Shown here: one piece after another, positions 13,444-26,900 of the stretch
Layout: the number at the start of each line of letters is the position of its first letter
Position numbering within the stretch: the first letter of the stretch is position 1
Origin: Hypanus sabinus
Taxonomy: Eukaryota
Assembly (NCBI RefSeq): GCF_030144855.1
Contig: NC_082707.1
Location: 39,122,001 to 39,186,000, forward strand
Direction: 5' to 3'
DNA: 64,000 bases
Program-made: the position numbers and the translations under genes
Notes under the pieces: generated by a model
What the model saw: only the letters and a program-made list of their open reading frames with translations
Told to the model about the DNA's origin: nothing
Databases searched by the model: none

Positions 13444-14002
13444 CTGGTAGATATTAGCCGGATTAGATTTGTCCTGCTTTAATGAACAGAGAGTCAACTA
13501 TCCCTTTTTACTGAGCACACGAGTTGCTGAGGACAAAAGTTAAAAGCTGATCTGAATAAAGTAGATATTGCGCAAGATGTGAATATCTTCAAAAAGGATT
13601 TGCCTCTACATCTGGATTTTGTGGCATGTCATTTGAGTTGTACCACCAGGGAATCAAAGGTCAATAAGCCAAAGCCAGGCTGGACAACTCATCGTCTATG
13701 CCCAATCTGGGCAGCTCATTAACCAAAGGCCAGAGGACACTCTGTGAACACTATCCAGCCTGGATATTCACTAACCACAACTCACTGATCTGCACAGCAG
13801 ATTTTGGGAGAATTTTTTCTGTCATTTGAGCTCTCCCAACTGAATATTGGTGCACTATATTGATGTTATGGGTTGTACTATACAGAGAGTCACTTGTTTT
13901 GCATTGGGAAGCATGATTTTACTGGTTCTTTAAAAAAATACTCTCCCTATGAATGATTTTCATACAGATAGCATACATTATTGACAAGTGAGAGACAAAA
14001 TT

Positions 14003-14845
14003 ACAAACAAGAGAAAATCTGCAAATGTGTTAAATCCAAAGCAATACACACGAAATGCTGGAGGAACTCAGCAGGCCAGGCAGCAGCTATGGAAAAGAGT
14101 ACAGTTGATGTTTTGGGCTGAGACCCTTCATCAGGATCGGTGGAAAAAAGATAAGAAGTCAGAGGAAGAAGGTGGGGAGAGGAGGTAGAAATAAAAGGTA
14201 GCAGGTGATAGGTGATATTGGAGGGGAGAAGGGTGAAGTAAAGAGATAAAAGGCTAGAGAAGGGGGATCTTTAATAGGAGAGGACAGAAGCCCATGGAAG
14301 AAAGGAAAGGAGGAGGTGCACCAGAGGGAATTGATGGGCAGGTAAGGTGCGAGAGGGAAATGTGAATGGGGAATGGTGAAGGAGAGGGTGGTGTCATTAC
14401 CGGAAGTGACACATCTCTGGAGACAGAGATCATTTACAAACATCTTTTACTTGTTTTACAAACCTGTCACTAACAAAAATGTCAGTTCTTCTGTCTCCTC
14501 CACATCTGCTTTCAAAATGGGGTTTTCCTCTCCAGAACATCTGAGATGTCACCTCTTTCAAAGAATGGGATTTCCCTTCTGCCATCATTGATGCTGCCTT
14601 CACCCACATCTGCTCCATTCCCCGCACATCTTCCCCACCCCATTCTCCTGCTATCACAACAGGGATAGGGTTCTCTATGTCCTTACCTACCAACCCATGG
14701 CCCTCCATATCCAGCAGATCATTCCAACCACTAAGGCAAGCTTTACCACACACTCATACACTCCCCACTTTCTGTACAGGTCACTCTCTATACCTCCGTC
14801 CACTCATTCCACCCCACTGATCTCCTTCCTGTCACTTATCCCTTT
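14003..14845. mobile_element. Penelope-like element fragment with inverted pseudo-LTR
   Basis: 14003-14410 is the inverted 3' end (minus-strand CTGATGAAGGGTCTCAGCCCAAAAC at about 14110-14134). It is followed by plus-strand RT/linker remnants (SEMSPLFKEWDFPSAIIDAA..., RDRVLYVLTY). Confidence 0.75.
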
Positions 14846-14847
14846 AA

Positions 14848-15690
14848 GACCATAAGATCATAAATTATAGGAGCAGAATTAGGCCATTTGGCCCATTGAG
14901 TATGTTCCACCATTTCATATTGGCTGTTCCAAATTTCCTCTCAACCCCAATCCCCTGCCTTCTCCCTTTATCCCTTCATGCCCTGACCAATCAAGAATTT
15001 ATCGACCTCTGCCTTAAATATAAATAAAGACATGCCCTCTACAGCTGCCCTTGACAAAGAATTCTGCAGATTCACCACGCTCTATCTAAAGAAATTCTTC
15101 CTCATCTCCATTCTAAAAGGATGCCCCTCTATTCTGAGGCTGTGTCTTCTGGTCTTAGACTCTCCCACCACAGGAAACATCCTCTCCCCGTCCACTATAT
15201 CAAGGTCTTCCACTGTTCAATAGGTTTCAATGAAGTCACTCCTCATTCTTATGCAGTCTAGTGAATAGAGGCCCGGAGCCATCAAATGCTGTTCACTTAA
15301 CAATACATTCAATCCTGAAATCATTTTCCTGAACCTCATTTGAACCCTCTCCAGTTTCAGCGCATCCTTTCTAAGATAAGGGGCCCAGAACAGTTCACAA
15401 TAGTCCAACTGAGGCCTTACCAGTGCTTTATAAAGTCTCAACATTACATCCTTGCTTTTATATTCCAGTCCTCTTGAAATTAATGCTAACATTGCATTTG
15501 CCTTCCTCACCTCAGACTCAGCCTGCAAATTGAACTTTAGGGAATCCTGCACAAGGACTCCCATGTCACTTTGCACCTCAGTTTTATGTATTTTCTCTCC
15601 ATTTAACAAAATAGTCAACCCTCTCTTTTCTTCTACCAAAGTGCTTGACCATATACTTCCCCAGACTCTATTCCACCTGCCATTTCTTTG
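14848..15690 (-). mobile_element. CR1 LINE 3' fragment
   Basis: KANAMLALISRGLEYKSKDVMLRLYKALVRPQLDYC; CATAAGA tail. Confidence 0.9.
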
Positions 15691-16267
15691 CCTATTTTCT
15701 GTGCACTTGATGAGGGTATAGAGGAGCATGGCCTGGGATGGAGTGCCTCCACTTCTCCTTGGAGCAGAGGCACCTGATGGTGGTGCACCGAATTAAGCAT
15801 CATTAGGACAGACTTAAGGAAACTCCTTCATCTGCGAGAGGTGTCTAAGACCAGAGGACATAGGTTTACTGTAAGGAGTAAGAGGGGATCTGCAGAAGAT
15901 ACTTTATCACCCAAACAGTAGTAGCGACGTGGAACACATTGTCTGTGAAATTGGTACAGGCAGAGCCGCTGACAATGTTTGAGTAGCATCTGGTTTAGCA
16001 CTTGAATTCACCCAAATATAGTAAGTAAATAGGATTAGTATGGATAGATATTTGACAGCTCGTGTAGACAAGGTGAGCTAGAGGGGCTTTTCCTGTCTTG
16101 TACGATTCCATGACTCCATGGAGAGAAGCTGTCAATGTTCCAGGTCAAAGACCCGGCATCACAACTGACAGCGAGCTCAACAGCAGGCAAAATATTTTTT
16201 TTAAATGCAGGTCTGGAAATCTGATTTAACAACAGAAGTGCTGAAAGCAGTCAAGTTTTATATTTCA

Positions 16268-16410
16268 AGCAAGGGAAAATCTGCAGATGCTGGAAATCCA
16301 AGCCACACACACAAAATGCTGGAGGAACTCAGCAGGCCTGCTGAATCATTGACTGTACTCTTCTCCATTGATGCTGCCTGGCCTGCTGAGTTCCTCCAAC
16401 ATTCTGTGCA
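16268..16410. mobile_element. Short fold-back Penelope-derived mini-element (ribozyme core deleted)
   Basis: Same TCTGCAGATGCTGGAAAT head and inverted AATGCTGGAGGAACTCAGCAGGCC arms as the other copies. Confidence 0.75.
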
Positions 16411-17476
16411 AATTTTATATTTGATGCCCTGGAGTATTAATCCGATCTTTTTCCCAGAGATGTTTCCTACATTTTCCAGTTTTATATTAAATAATTCTGT
16501 TACAGCACACAGGAATTGAATGGTCATCATATGCCACCTTTCTATGTATTTTGTCTTGCGTGACACTTAATAGAAAATCTAGAAAATTTGCTCATTATTT
16601 TAGAGCTTCACCATAGACAGCAAAATTGTATTTACCTGCATCACTTTTGTATTCCACAGTTAAAAATCACCTTCTAAGCAATGGTTTTCAATATCATTAA
16701 GCTGGCTTCAGAGTCAGAGATGCCTTATTCCTTATTTAGTTACAGAATCTCTTGCTACAAATCTTATTGTATCTTCATGCAAAGCAGAAAAATTTGGATA
16801 AAATAATTTAACATCAAATTATCTGTGTTTATATAAAAAGGAGAGTTATGTGATGTGTTAATTTGCAGTGTTATAGTTTATTATCGTTATGGTAATTTCA
16901 CAATGAGTGACTTTTTCTTTTAAGTCTCCAAACAAAAGATTATATGAATTTTGCTTCAGAAAGCGTTTTGATAATAGTGCATTCAGGGTATTCAACAGTA
17001 GGATTATATACTTTTGTTGTAAAACTATTTAGCAATTAGCAGGATACCATAATCTCCATCTCATTAACAGTAAGATTATTGAAAATATTACCATTAAGTT
17101 TTTAATAAAATATGTACTTATACATAAAGATACAGCTCTGATCTTTTTGGATTTGTAAAAGCTGAAGGAATCCTGATCATGTAGCAAAAATGGCAATAGG
17201 TACTCTACATAATTTTCATGCATTTTAAATAGATGTAGAATTCACAGCTATTACTAGTCAACTTAATTACAAATTAAACATTTCTGAAACAGTAAAAGCT
17301 TAATCGGCACACATTGAAAGACACAAAATATGTCCAATTAGCGATGCCATTTGCCTTTATTCTGTTTTTTAATTAATGCGACAATTGAAATTCGATACAG
17401 AATATTGTTTCACATCTTTCTACTCACATAGTAGTTAATCTCGTTTCAGGGCACAATCTTTCTAAGGCTGTCACAT

Positions 17477-17478
<2 letters not shown>

Positions 17479-17516
<38 letters not shown>
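17479..17516. repeat. (AC)19 microsatellite in the probable NLR 3' UTR
   Basis: Perfect dinucleotide run about 290 nt downstream of the stop codon. Confidence 0.97.
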
Positions 17517-17518
<2 letters not shown>

Positions 17519-17806
17519 TATACAGTAATAATGTCTGATAATGAATGCTGAGGCCAAGCAGGGCAAAACAGAAATTAAACTTTTATGTACCCCAGACTTT
17601 ATAGTTCATGTCTCTGCTATGATATATACAAGTAGTTAAACTAGCTGAACAAATCCATCATAAAAATAAAATGATTTCACACAATCACCCAATTGCTATG
17701 ATTACATAATTTTGAAGTTTACAGTATGCTTTCTGGCATTTTTCTATTAATTCCTATAGAATTATAGATATTCAAAACAAAGCACAGGGCAATTCAGTGA
17801 CGTTAC

Positions 17807-17912
17807 TTAGATTTTTTCCACCTTAGACACTCTTACATGGAGATCGTTCCTTTTCTTCTCCAGCTCCTGTAGCTTTTTGTAACCATCTGTAGAAAAACGA
17901 TTCTTTTCCACC
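17807..17912 (-). CDS. NLR terminal coding exon (last LRR and cap, stop TAA)
   Basis: ctgtcataaag|G GTG GAA AAG AAT CGT TTT TCT ... ATC TAA; VEKNRFSTDGYKKLQELEKKRNDLHVRVSKVEKI*, resembling the C-terminal LxxNxFSxxGxxxL cap of RI-type LRR proteins. Confidence 0.8.
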
Positions 17913-20900
17913 CTTTATGACAGATAAGAAATAATATTAGCTAATACAAATATCTACAAGTATAAGTCCCTTTTGGTTCATCTGATTTTTGCAATGTCCA
18001 GGGAAGAAAGGTTCTGCCTAACTCTCATCATTTCTCTCGTGGGAAACCACAACAAAACAAATGTGCTAAAATGGTCCATTAATGGGAATTTCCTCTATCC
18101 ATCCGGCCTTTAAAAGAAAAAAACATCAAAGGAGAGATTGCTTAAGCTTAAGCTATAAGGATTCACTTGGTAGAGATTCCTTCACCCATATGTGGAAGGT
18201 TGTAGTTAAGTTATTATTATTTTGGCTGAATGCAAGCTCTTTGTTCTTTGTAAAGAACATTGGCAGCCTCCATCAACAACAAGTCTGTGAGGTCAATGAG
18301 ACCAAAGTTCTAAGTTCAAAATTCAAAGTAAATGTATCATCAAGGTACATAAATGTCACTCTATACAACCCAGAGATTCATTTTCTTGTGGGCATGCTCA
18401 ATAAATCCATGATAGAATAATATCCATAATAGAATCAATGAAAGACCACTTGGGCATTCAACCAGTGTGCAATAGATAACAAAGTGTGCAAGTACAAAAA
18501 GAAAGAAATAATAATAATAAACAAATAAGCAATAAATATTGAAAACATGAGATGAAGAGCCCTTGAAAGCGAGCTCCACCTAAAACCACCAAATTTTTAC
18601 TTCAGAAAAAAGATTAAGTTGGCTGTCTTGATCAAGGACAATGGTTTACTGGGGAGGAGGATTAAGCTAAATAACTTCTGATCTCTCAGTCAGGAGGTGG
18701 GGTCAAGTAAAGTATCCTCCTGAAATGGCCAGTTTAGTTTCCTCTGAATACCGGGGATATGCTGATGAAAGATGCCAGTTAAGCTGAATCGATGTTGAAC
18801 AGAAGTAGCCAATGTACAATTAATCTTTAATACTTAGCTATTTTTAATTTATCTTATCAAAATTAAATAGAGATAATTTCTAAAATAGTACAGTATAGTG
18901 TTCATTTATGGTCATGATCTGAGGCACAATATCAGGAAACACAGTATTTTCTCTTCAGTGCCTCAGTGGAACTGAATTGCAGAAGTAGAGTGTGGTGAAC
19001 TACATATACCTGTCTGGACACGCCCCCCCCCCCCCCCCCGACTGCTCCTGTGGCTCCTCCCACAGACCCCTGTATAAAGGCGATTGGAGGCACTGCTCCT
19101 CCCTCAGTCTCCAGGATGCTGTGTGGTGGGCTCATGCTGCTGACGGTGCTTTCCTCCAGCTAATAAAAGCCTATCTCACCTCACGTCTCCGAGAGTTATT
19201 GATGGTGCATCATAGAGTTCGAAGCATCTACGTTATCTTTTAAATAGTGTGTTCAGTGCATGCTTCCTGACTGCAGTCTGAAAGCCAATGATGACCAGGC
19301 AAGGAAAAGTCTGCAGCTGCGACATCAAATAAAGCACCCTCCAGATGTTCCATTTAAATTTAATTGGTTGAATCCAAAAAAGAAAACAATATTTGGGATT
19401 CAGGGGAAGAAACCAATCAAAGTACTAAAGCAAATACCTTGTGCTGCTGGATTCAGATTATTTGGTGTTTTCACTATTAGGTGTTCAATGTGACCAAAAA
19501 TCGAATATTTATGTCAAAAGTCAAGAAGAAGATCTTTCTTCAAGCATGTATTAAAAGTAATGTTTGATTTTGCAAACAGTAGCCTGCCTTGGTTGGAGCA
19601 TAGAGCAGTACAGCACAGGATCAGTTCCTTCAACCCACAATGTTGAAAAATACTTGCAATAGCACTTTTAGATTTGACTTCTGTCTGAAGCAGAGGTAAG
19701 ACTTTACCTTATTGTCGTAAGAGTTTTACAATCTGAAATGAAGTCTTGAAACCATTGAATAGATTTGTCTGTAAACTTATTGTAACTTAAATCAAGGTGT
19801 AGCAGTGACTGAAGTGTTGAAAATGATTTGACTTTGGTGAAGGCATCTGTGAGTCCAACTTTTGATAGCCTGAAAAAATAGAAATGGGGACAAAAAATGG
19901 AGATTTCACAAAGCAAAAATTAGCACCTGAGTGGTAGATCCTCTAGCAAATTAAGATCATTGAAGTGACTAATCTTTTTTCAAAATTCATCTTGAGAAAG
20001 GGGAACCTATTGACAGATTGAGATTAGAGGCTGTAATTTGACTGTGAGACAATAGCAGATTTGTATGACTAGATTTTTAGCAAAGAAATAATCTCATTTA
20101 CTTCAGCTGTTAAATTGATTGTAAAATTCCAGACCAGAGACATTTTAAGTGTACTAACATATCAACTAATAATATTAATAGGCTTAAAGTTGCACTGTGT
20201 TATGTCTCACACATAGGCAGAATGCAAATACAGTTATCAATTGGGAGTAAAGTACTGAAAGGGTAAGGCTTTCATGGGTTCAGAACCAATTGAAAGAGGT
20301 TGTTGAGATGAAAGCAGAACCCTTAATTGACAGTAGAGTTTTATGTGATGTTCATCAGGACAGTGAAAATCCACTTCCTAATCAATGCAAAATTGTGCAT
20401 ATATAATCATTAATTCATCACCAAATTACAATCTGTTTAGAAAATAGCTGGTATGAAATATAGTACATGAAATATAATTTTATTAATGACTATGCGTATT
20501 CTCAGAAGGGTCAGTTACTTAATGCCCATTTCTAACTGCCTCTCAATTGAAGAGATATTCAAGAGATCTGGAGTCACATACAGGCAACTATGGGTGAAAG
20601 GATGAAAGGCTTCTTCTCTGAAAGACGTTAATGATCTAGATAAGTTTTCACAACAATCTGTAGGTTTCATGGTCAGCAATACTGAAGCTAAAGCAGACAC
20701 ACAAAAAAGCTGGAAGAACTCTGCAGGTCATGCTGAATCTGTGGAAAGAAGCATACCAGATGACACAAAATATCAACTCTTCAGATTCCTCTATAGATTC
20801 TGCCTGACCTGCTGAATTTCTTTGGCTTTTGTGTGGTGCTCCATTTTCAGCCTCTTGTGTCTCCCATACTGAACTTGCATTTCACTAAAGGCTTGTGTAA

Positions 20901-23900
20901 TTAATTATGAGCTGTGTCATGCAGAGAATGATTGTGAGCAATATCTTGCCAGTTGTGATATTATTCTTTTTACTAGAGATAGTGCTAAAAACAAAAATCA
21001 AAATAACATCAATGTTGCATTAACGTAATTTCTTGATTGATGGGATTCCATTTGCTTGAATCCAAATTCAGAGATATATCAATTTATTAAAATCAATCAC
21101 TCTATGTGTTTACATACCCCAGCTTCTGCAATTTACAGCCTGCAAGATTATTGAAAAGACTAATCAGTCCATTATCTCCCAGTTCATTCATGCTCAGGTC
21201 CAGTTCCATCAATGTCTGGTTGGTTTTGAACACAGATGAAAGTTCCGCACAACAATCACTTGTTAATTTGGTGCACACCACCCTATGGAAAATACAAGAG
21301 ATGGAGGAGTAAAGTTGAAAAAAAAGATGATAGAAGATTTTACTCAACATGACCATTTCCCAAACTTAGCAACAAGAGGACTAGGCTGATATTTTCATTG
21401 ATGGTTGGGTAGGGTTGTGGTATTGGTCAAGAAGTAGTTTAGGTTATTGATTATTGAAATACATATTACTGGGTTGACATTGTTGACTATGCAAAGAGAT
21501 TACCCTTTCCACAAAGACAGAAGCTGTATGACAGAAGATGTCATAACCATATCTGGGGATTCATTGGATGATTGGCTAATTCCATTGTAGTACATCAGAA
21601 TGAGAAATAGTTAGAGGTGGCAATGAGGCTCACTGCTTGATTACTTTCAGTTTTGATACGACAGTGCTGAATTTCATATAATACTATTTCTCAGAACATG
21701 ATTAATAACAGATACTTCAGTGAATGAAGTTTGCAGCCCGGTCCACTCAGAATCTCGCACAATGCAGTCATTCCTTCATTCTGCAAGCTGTTGGAGCTGA
21801 GGTCCAGCTCTTTCAGGCTCTGGTTTTCTTTCAGGGCTGAGATGAGCTGCTTGCAACTTTCTACTGTGTATGAATTCTTCGCCAACCTTTAAGATACAAA
21901 ACAAAGCCACCATTATCAGTCTGTTGTGAGGTGAATAGATAAAGAAAAAAAGGTCAAAATGGAAANNNNNNNNNNNNNNNNNNNNNNNNNNNNNNNNNNN
22001 NNNNNNNNNNNNNNNNNNNNNNNNNNNNNNNNNNNNNNNNNNNNNNNNNNNNNNNNNNNNNNNNNNNNNNNNNNNNNNNNNNNNNNNNNNNNNNNNNNNN
22101 NNNNNNNNNNNNNNNNNNNNNNNNNNGTGAATAATTTCATTTACCCCAAACTTTGCAATGTGCAATTTTTGTCTTGCAGCAGGTCATAAAGATTTTCAGC
22201 TCCAGGAGCATCCTCATAAGTTCCCATGATTCCAAACTCAAACGCAAATATAGAATTCAACCTAAACAGAACATAAATTAGCTTGATACAAATTTCATTA
22301 TCTTAATTCATTTTTGGAATTTGGGTATTGACAACAAGACCAGCATTTATTGTCCATCCCTCTTTGCTCTGTGCCGTTGTTGGTATTTTTGATCTACTGC
22401 CATCCTACTGACTCAGTTACAATGCTTCTCCTTATTTACATGTTATCCAATTCTACATAACCCTTTATCTAATAATCACATTAAATGAAACCAAAAACAT
22501 TGATAGCCATCATATAGGTTAATATTTAAGATACATTATGACTCCTTCCCACCTATTTGACTTGGTAGCCACAATTTTTTTGAAGTTCTCACATAACATA
22601 ATTTCATTTAAATTAGCATGTTTTGAAGTCAATAGGACCTCAAATAGGTCTTTATGTTGCAATTGAACTTATAAAGGGTGATTTTTTTTAACATGCAATT
22701 GACTAGCAACATATTAACATATTATTTGATTTCTTTTCATGGAAAGTAAAGCCAGATTGAGTTAGAGGCACAGAGGAACTCGGAAAGAGAACCTTCAGCC
22801 CACTAGTCCACACCAACCACAGCATCTTCCTTGCTGGACACCGTCGCCTGTGTTGGCCCATAACACACCAAGCCCTTCCCCTCCGTGTACCTAGACCATA
22901 ACACCAGAAGATATAGGAGCAGAATGAGGCTATGCACCCATCTAGTCATCTCTGCCTTTTGATACATTTCACCTCTCAATACTATTCTCCTGCCTTCTCC
23001 CCATAACCTTTGACACCCTTACTTATCAAGAACCTGTCAACCTCCACTTTAAATATACCAAATAACTTGGTCTCCACTGTGATCTGTGGCAATGAATTTC
23101 ACAGATTCACCATTCTCTGGCTAAAGAATTTCCCCCTCAGCTCTGGTTAAAGGGACATTCTTCCATTCTGAGACTGGGCTCTCTGCTCCTAGATGCTTCC
23201 ACTATTGGAAACATCCTTTCCACATCTGGTCTATCTAGGTCTTCCAATATTCTGCAGATTTCAATGAGATTCCCTTCATTCGTCTAATCTCCTGCAGGCG
23301 CAGGCCCAGAGCCATCAAAAGCTCCTCATATTTTAACCAACAAGAGAAAATCTGCAGACACTGGAAATCCAAAACAACACAAACAAAATGCTGGAGGAAC
23401 TCAGAAGACCGGGCAGCATCTATGGAAAAGAGTACAGTCACTGTTTCTGGCTGAGACCCCTCATCAATCCTGATGAAGATTCTCAGCCCAGAACATCAAA
23501 CGTATTCTTTTCCATTGATGCTGCCTGGTCTGCTGGGTTCCTCCAGCAATCTGTGTGTGTTATTTATACCTTAACCATTTCACTTTCAGGATTGTTCTCA
23601 TAAACATCCTCTGGAACTTCTGCAATACCAGCACATCCTTTCATAGGTATGGGCCCAAAACTGCTCAAAGTCCTCCATATGTGGCCTTATAAATTCCAAG
23701 CATTACATCCTTGCTTTTATATTCAGTCATCTGGAAATGAATGATAACATTCCATTTGTCTTCCTTACCACCAATTCAACCTGCAACTTAACCTTTAGAG
23801 AATCCTGTACTTGGACTCCCTAATCCCTTTGCACTTCCAATTTCTGAATTTGTTCCCTGTTTAGAAAATAGTCGATGCCTTTATTCCTTCTGTAAGAGTG

Positions 23901-26900
23901 CATGACCATACACTTCCTTACACTGGGTTCCATCTGTCATTTCATTGCCAATTCTCCTAATCTGTCCAAGACTTCTGCAGATACCCTGCTTACTCAACAC
24001 TACTTCCCCAACACACCATTCTTAATAAAGGAACCTAACATCTTACCAACTCCTGAAGTCAGGCTAACGGGCCTATAGCTTCTTGACATTTGCAATTTTC
24101 CAGTCCTCCAGAACCATTCCAGAATCTAGAGAATCCTGAAAGGTCACACTACTGCTTCAACCACCTCTTCAGCGACCTCTTTCAGAACCCTGAGATGTAG
24201 TTCATCTGGTCCAAGTGACTTATCTATCATCAGACCTTTCATTTTCCCAAGCTCCATTGTCTTAGTGATAGTGACTACATTCACCTCTGCTCCCTGCCTT
24301 TCTCGGAAATCTGATCCACTGTTAGTGCCTTCCACAGAGAAGACTAACACAAAGATACTTATTCATTTTGTCTGCCATTTCTTTGTTCCCCATTACAAAT
24401 GTCTCTAGTGTCATTTTCCAGCAGTCTGTAGTCAACCTTTTTGGTATCTTCTTTTATATTATTGGCTAGCTGACCTTCATATTTCATCTTTTCTCTCCTT
24501 ATTGATTTTTAGTTGCCTTGTATATAACTTTCATCAGTTTCTTTTTACAGTTGCTGCATCTTAGCTCTACCCACGGAAATTCTACGTCTTCTTATCCTGC
24601 ATCACTTATTTCTAAGGCTTTTAGATCACTTAATTTGTGGAATGTTACAAGAAAGCATTAAAAAATGACGCATAACTGAAGAACAACTTACATTTAAAAG
24701 AGCAATTGAAATTGTCATATCAATGGAAACAGCAAACAGAGATGCAGTTGAGTTGCAGTCAGGAACAAAAGTGAACATTATTGCAACACATAAGCAGAAA
24801 CCGGCCTGGCTAAACAAATTTAAATGTGAAACTTGCAGAAAATGCAGAAACTTGCAATAAACTGGGACACATGCAAAGAGCATGTTGGGCAGATAAAAAT
24901 AAATGAACTGTACAGGGAAGAGAAAAGTATAAAAAGGCAAGTTGCATTTTCAAAAAGAACACTAATCTGCATGCAGAACCACCAGCCTTGTGGGGACATG
25001 ATTGGCTGAGACAACTACAAGTTGATTGGAGATCAATGAAGCCATCTGAAAGTGCATTTGGAAAGGTACTGGATGATCCCACAGCAGTGTTCAAGGATGG
25101 CTTTGGAAAACTGAAACATACCAAGAGTAGTTTTAAATGAAAATGCTGCATCCAAGTTTTGCAAAAACCTGTCCAGTTCCTCATACCATCTGTGATAAGG
25201 TAGCCAGTGAGAATTCTGAAGGAGTTCTTTTCAAGTTTGAGTGGAGCCCATGGGCAATGCTAGTGGTCCCAGTAACCAAGAAGAATGGATCTGTGGTGAT
25301 TTTAAGGTTACCATCTACCCAGTACTAAGAGTAGATCAATACCCTCTGCCCAGGATAAAAGATATCTTTGCAGAACTTTCTGGAAGAAAACACTTCAGCA
25401 AAGTTGGCCTGGCTAAGGCCTACTTGAGACGGAGATGGAAGAAGAGACCAAAGTGTTTCTCACCAAGGACACCCACAAAGGGCTTTATCGCGATAATAGG
25501 CTTATTTTTGGAGTAGGAGCTGCACTCTGGAAGAAAGCTAGGTTGCCCAAGCACTCAGTGTTACCAGTAAGGATGACAAGAAACATCTCCAAAACCTCAA
25601 GACACTGATAGAAAGACAAGAAGATTGTGGCATTATGTGACAAGTGTGAATTCTTTAAACAAAGCATCACTTACTGTGGTCATACAATTCATGCTCAAGG
25701 ATTACACAAGTGTGATGAGGAAATCCAAGCAGTGGTGGATGCCCCAAGGCCTAAGAATGTGTCACAGTTAGGGTCCTTTTTAGGATTTCACCTACTATAA
25801 CAGGTTCCTGCCAAACATGACTACTGGACACTGTCCCTTGAACTCATTACTACAGATCTGGACAAAAAGACAGAGGACAAAGTAGTGTGAGATGGCTTTC
25901 AAAAAGGTAAAGGAAATGGTGACATCAGACACTGTACTCACACATTATGATCCACGTTGTCCAATGAGGTTTGCCTGTGATGCCCCACCTTGTGGTACAG
26001 GTACAGACATGTCACATGTTATGAGTGATGGAAGTGAACAGCCCACAGCCTTTGCATTACCTTCCCTTACCACCACAGAGAAAAAATATGCACTGATTGA
26101 CAGAGAGGCCTTGAGTCTGGTTTGTGGTGTAAAACATTTTAACCGGTACTCGTATGGGAGAGAGTTTACCCTCATTACTGATCATCAACCACTAGTGTCC
26201 ATTTTCAATCCACAGAAGCATGTTCCACCAACAGCAGCAGCACGAATGCAGAGACGGGCTCTGTTCCTTGGTGGATACAACTACAAGACTGAATTCAAGT
26301 GGATGATTAATCATGGAAATGCTGGGAGATTGTCCCATTTTCCCTTGGAAAAGAAATCATTGGAAAAATTTACATAAAAGGACACATCTCTTGTCATATT
26401 CTCCCTAATGGAAATCGGAAGTCTCCCTCTTACAGCAGAAATTATCCAAACGGAAACCAGAAAAGACCCCACACTGTCTCAGGTCTACCTGGGCACCCAA
26501 AATGGCTGGAATGTGCAGCAGAACTCCAGATCCCCCATTTTAACAAGTGCTGATAGTAACCTGCCTTTGACAGATGTTGCCTAAAGTGGGTATTGAGAAT
26601 TGTGCCATCCAAGCTAAGAGCTAAAGTGTTAGAAGAGCTACATGCAGTTCATCTAGGCATGGTCAAAATGAAAGCGTTGCCTCACTTTTGTCTGCTGGCC
26701 TGAGATAAAATAGCAGATCAAGCACCGTTCGTAATGCCAACACATCCAGAAGATGCCAAGAGCATCCCTGGGAATGGCCTGCATTGTTCTGGCAGAGGAT
26801 TCATTTGGAGTTTGCTGAACCATTCATGGGTACAAATTTCATGGGACTAGTGGATGCACCTGAAGTGTCCCAATAGCCTTCACAACAGCCTCACACACTG

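Noticed and set aside
16600-17806. C-terminal B30.2/PRY-SPRY exon downstream of the LRRs
   Set aside because: In-frame stop at 17807 and AT-rich UTR-like sequence; no SPRY motifs seen in any ORF of the window.
21708-21715. U12-type intron donor (GTATCT)
   Set aside because: Does not match GTATCCTT, and no U12 branch site was seen; treated as a weak U2 donor.
21776-22189. ORFs spanning the N run
   Set aside because: Artefacts of the assembly gap.
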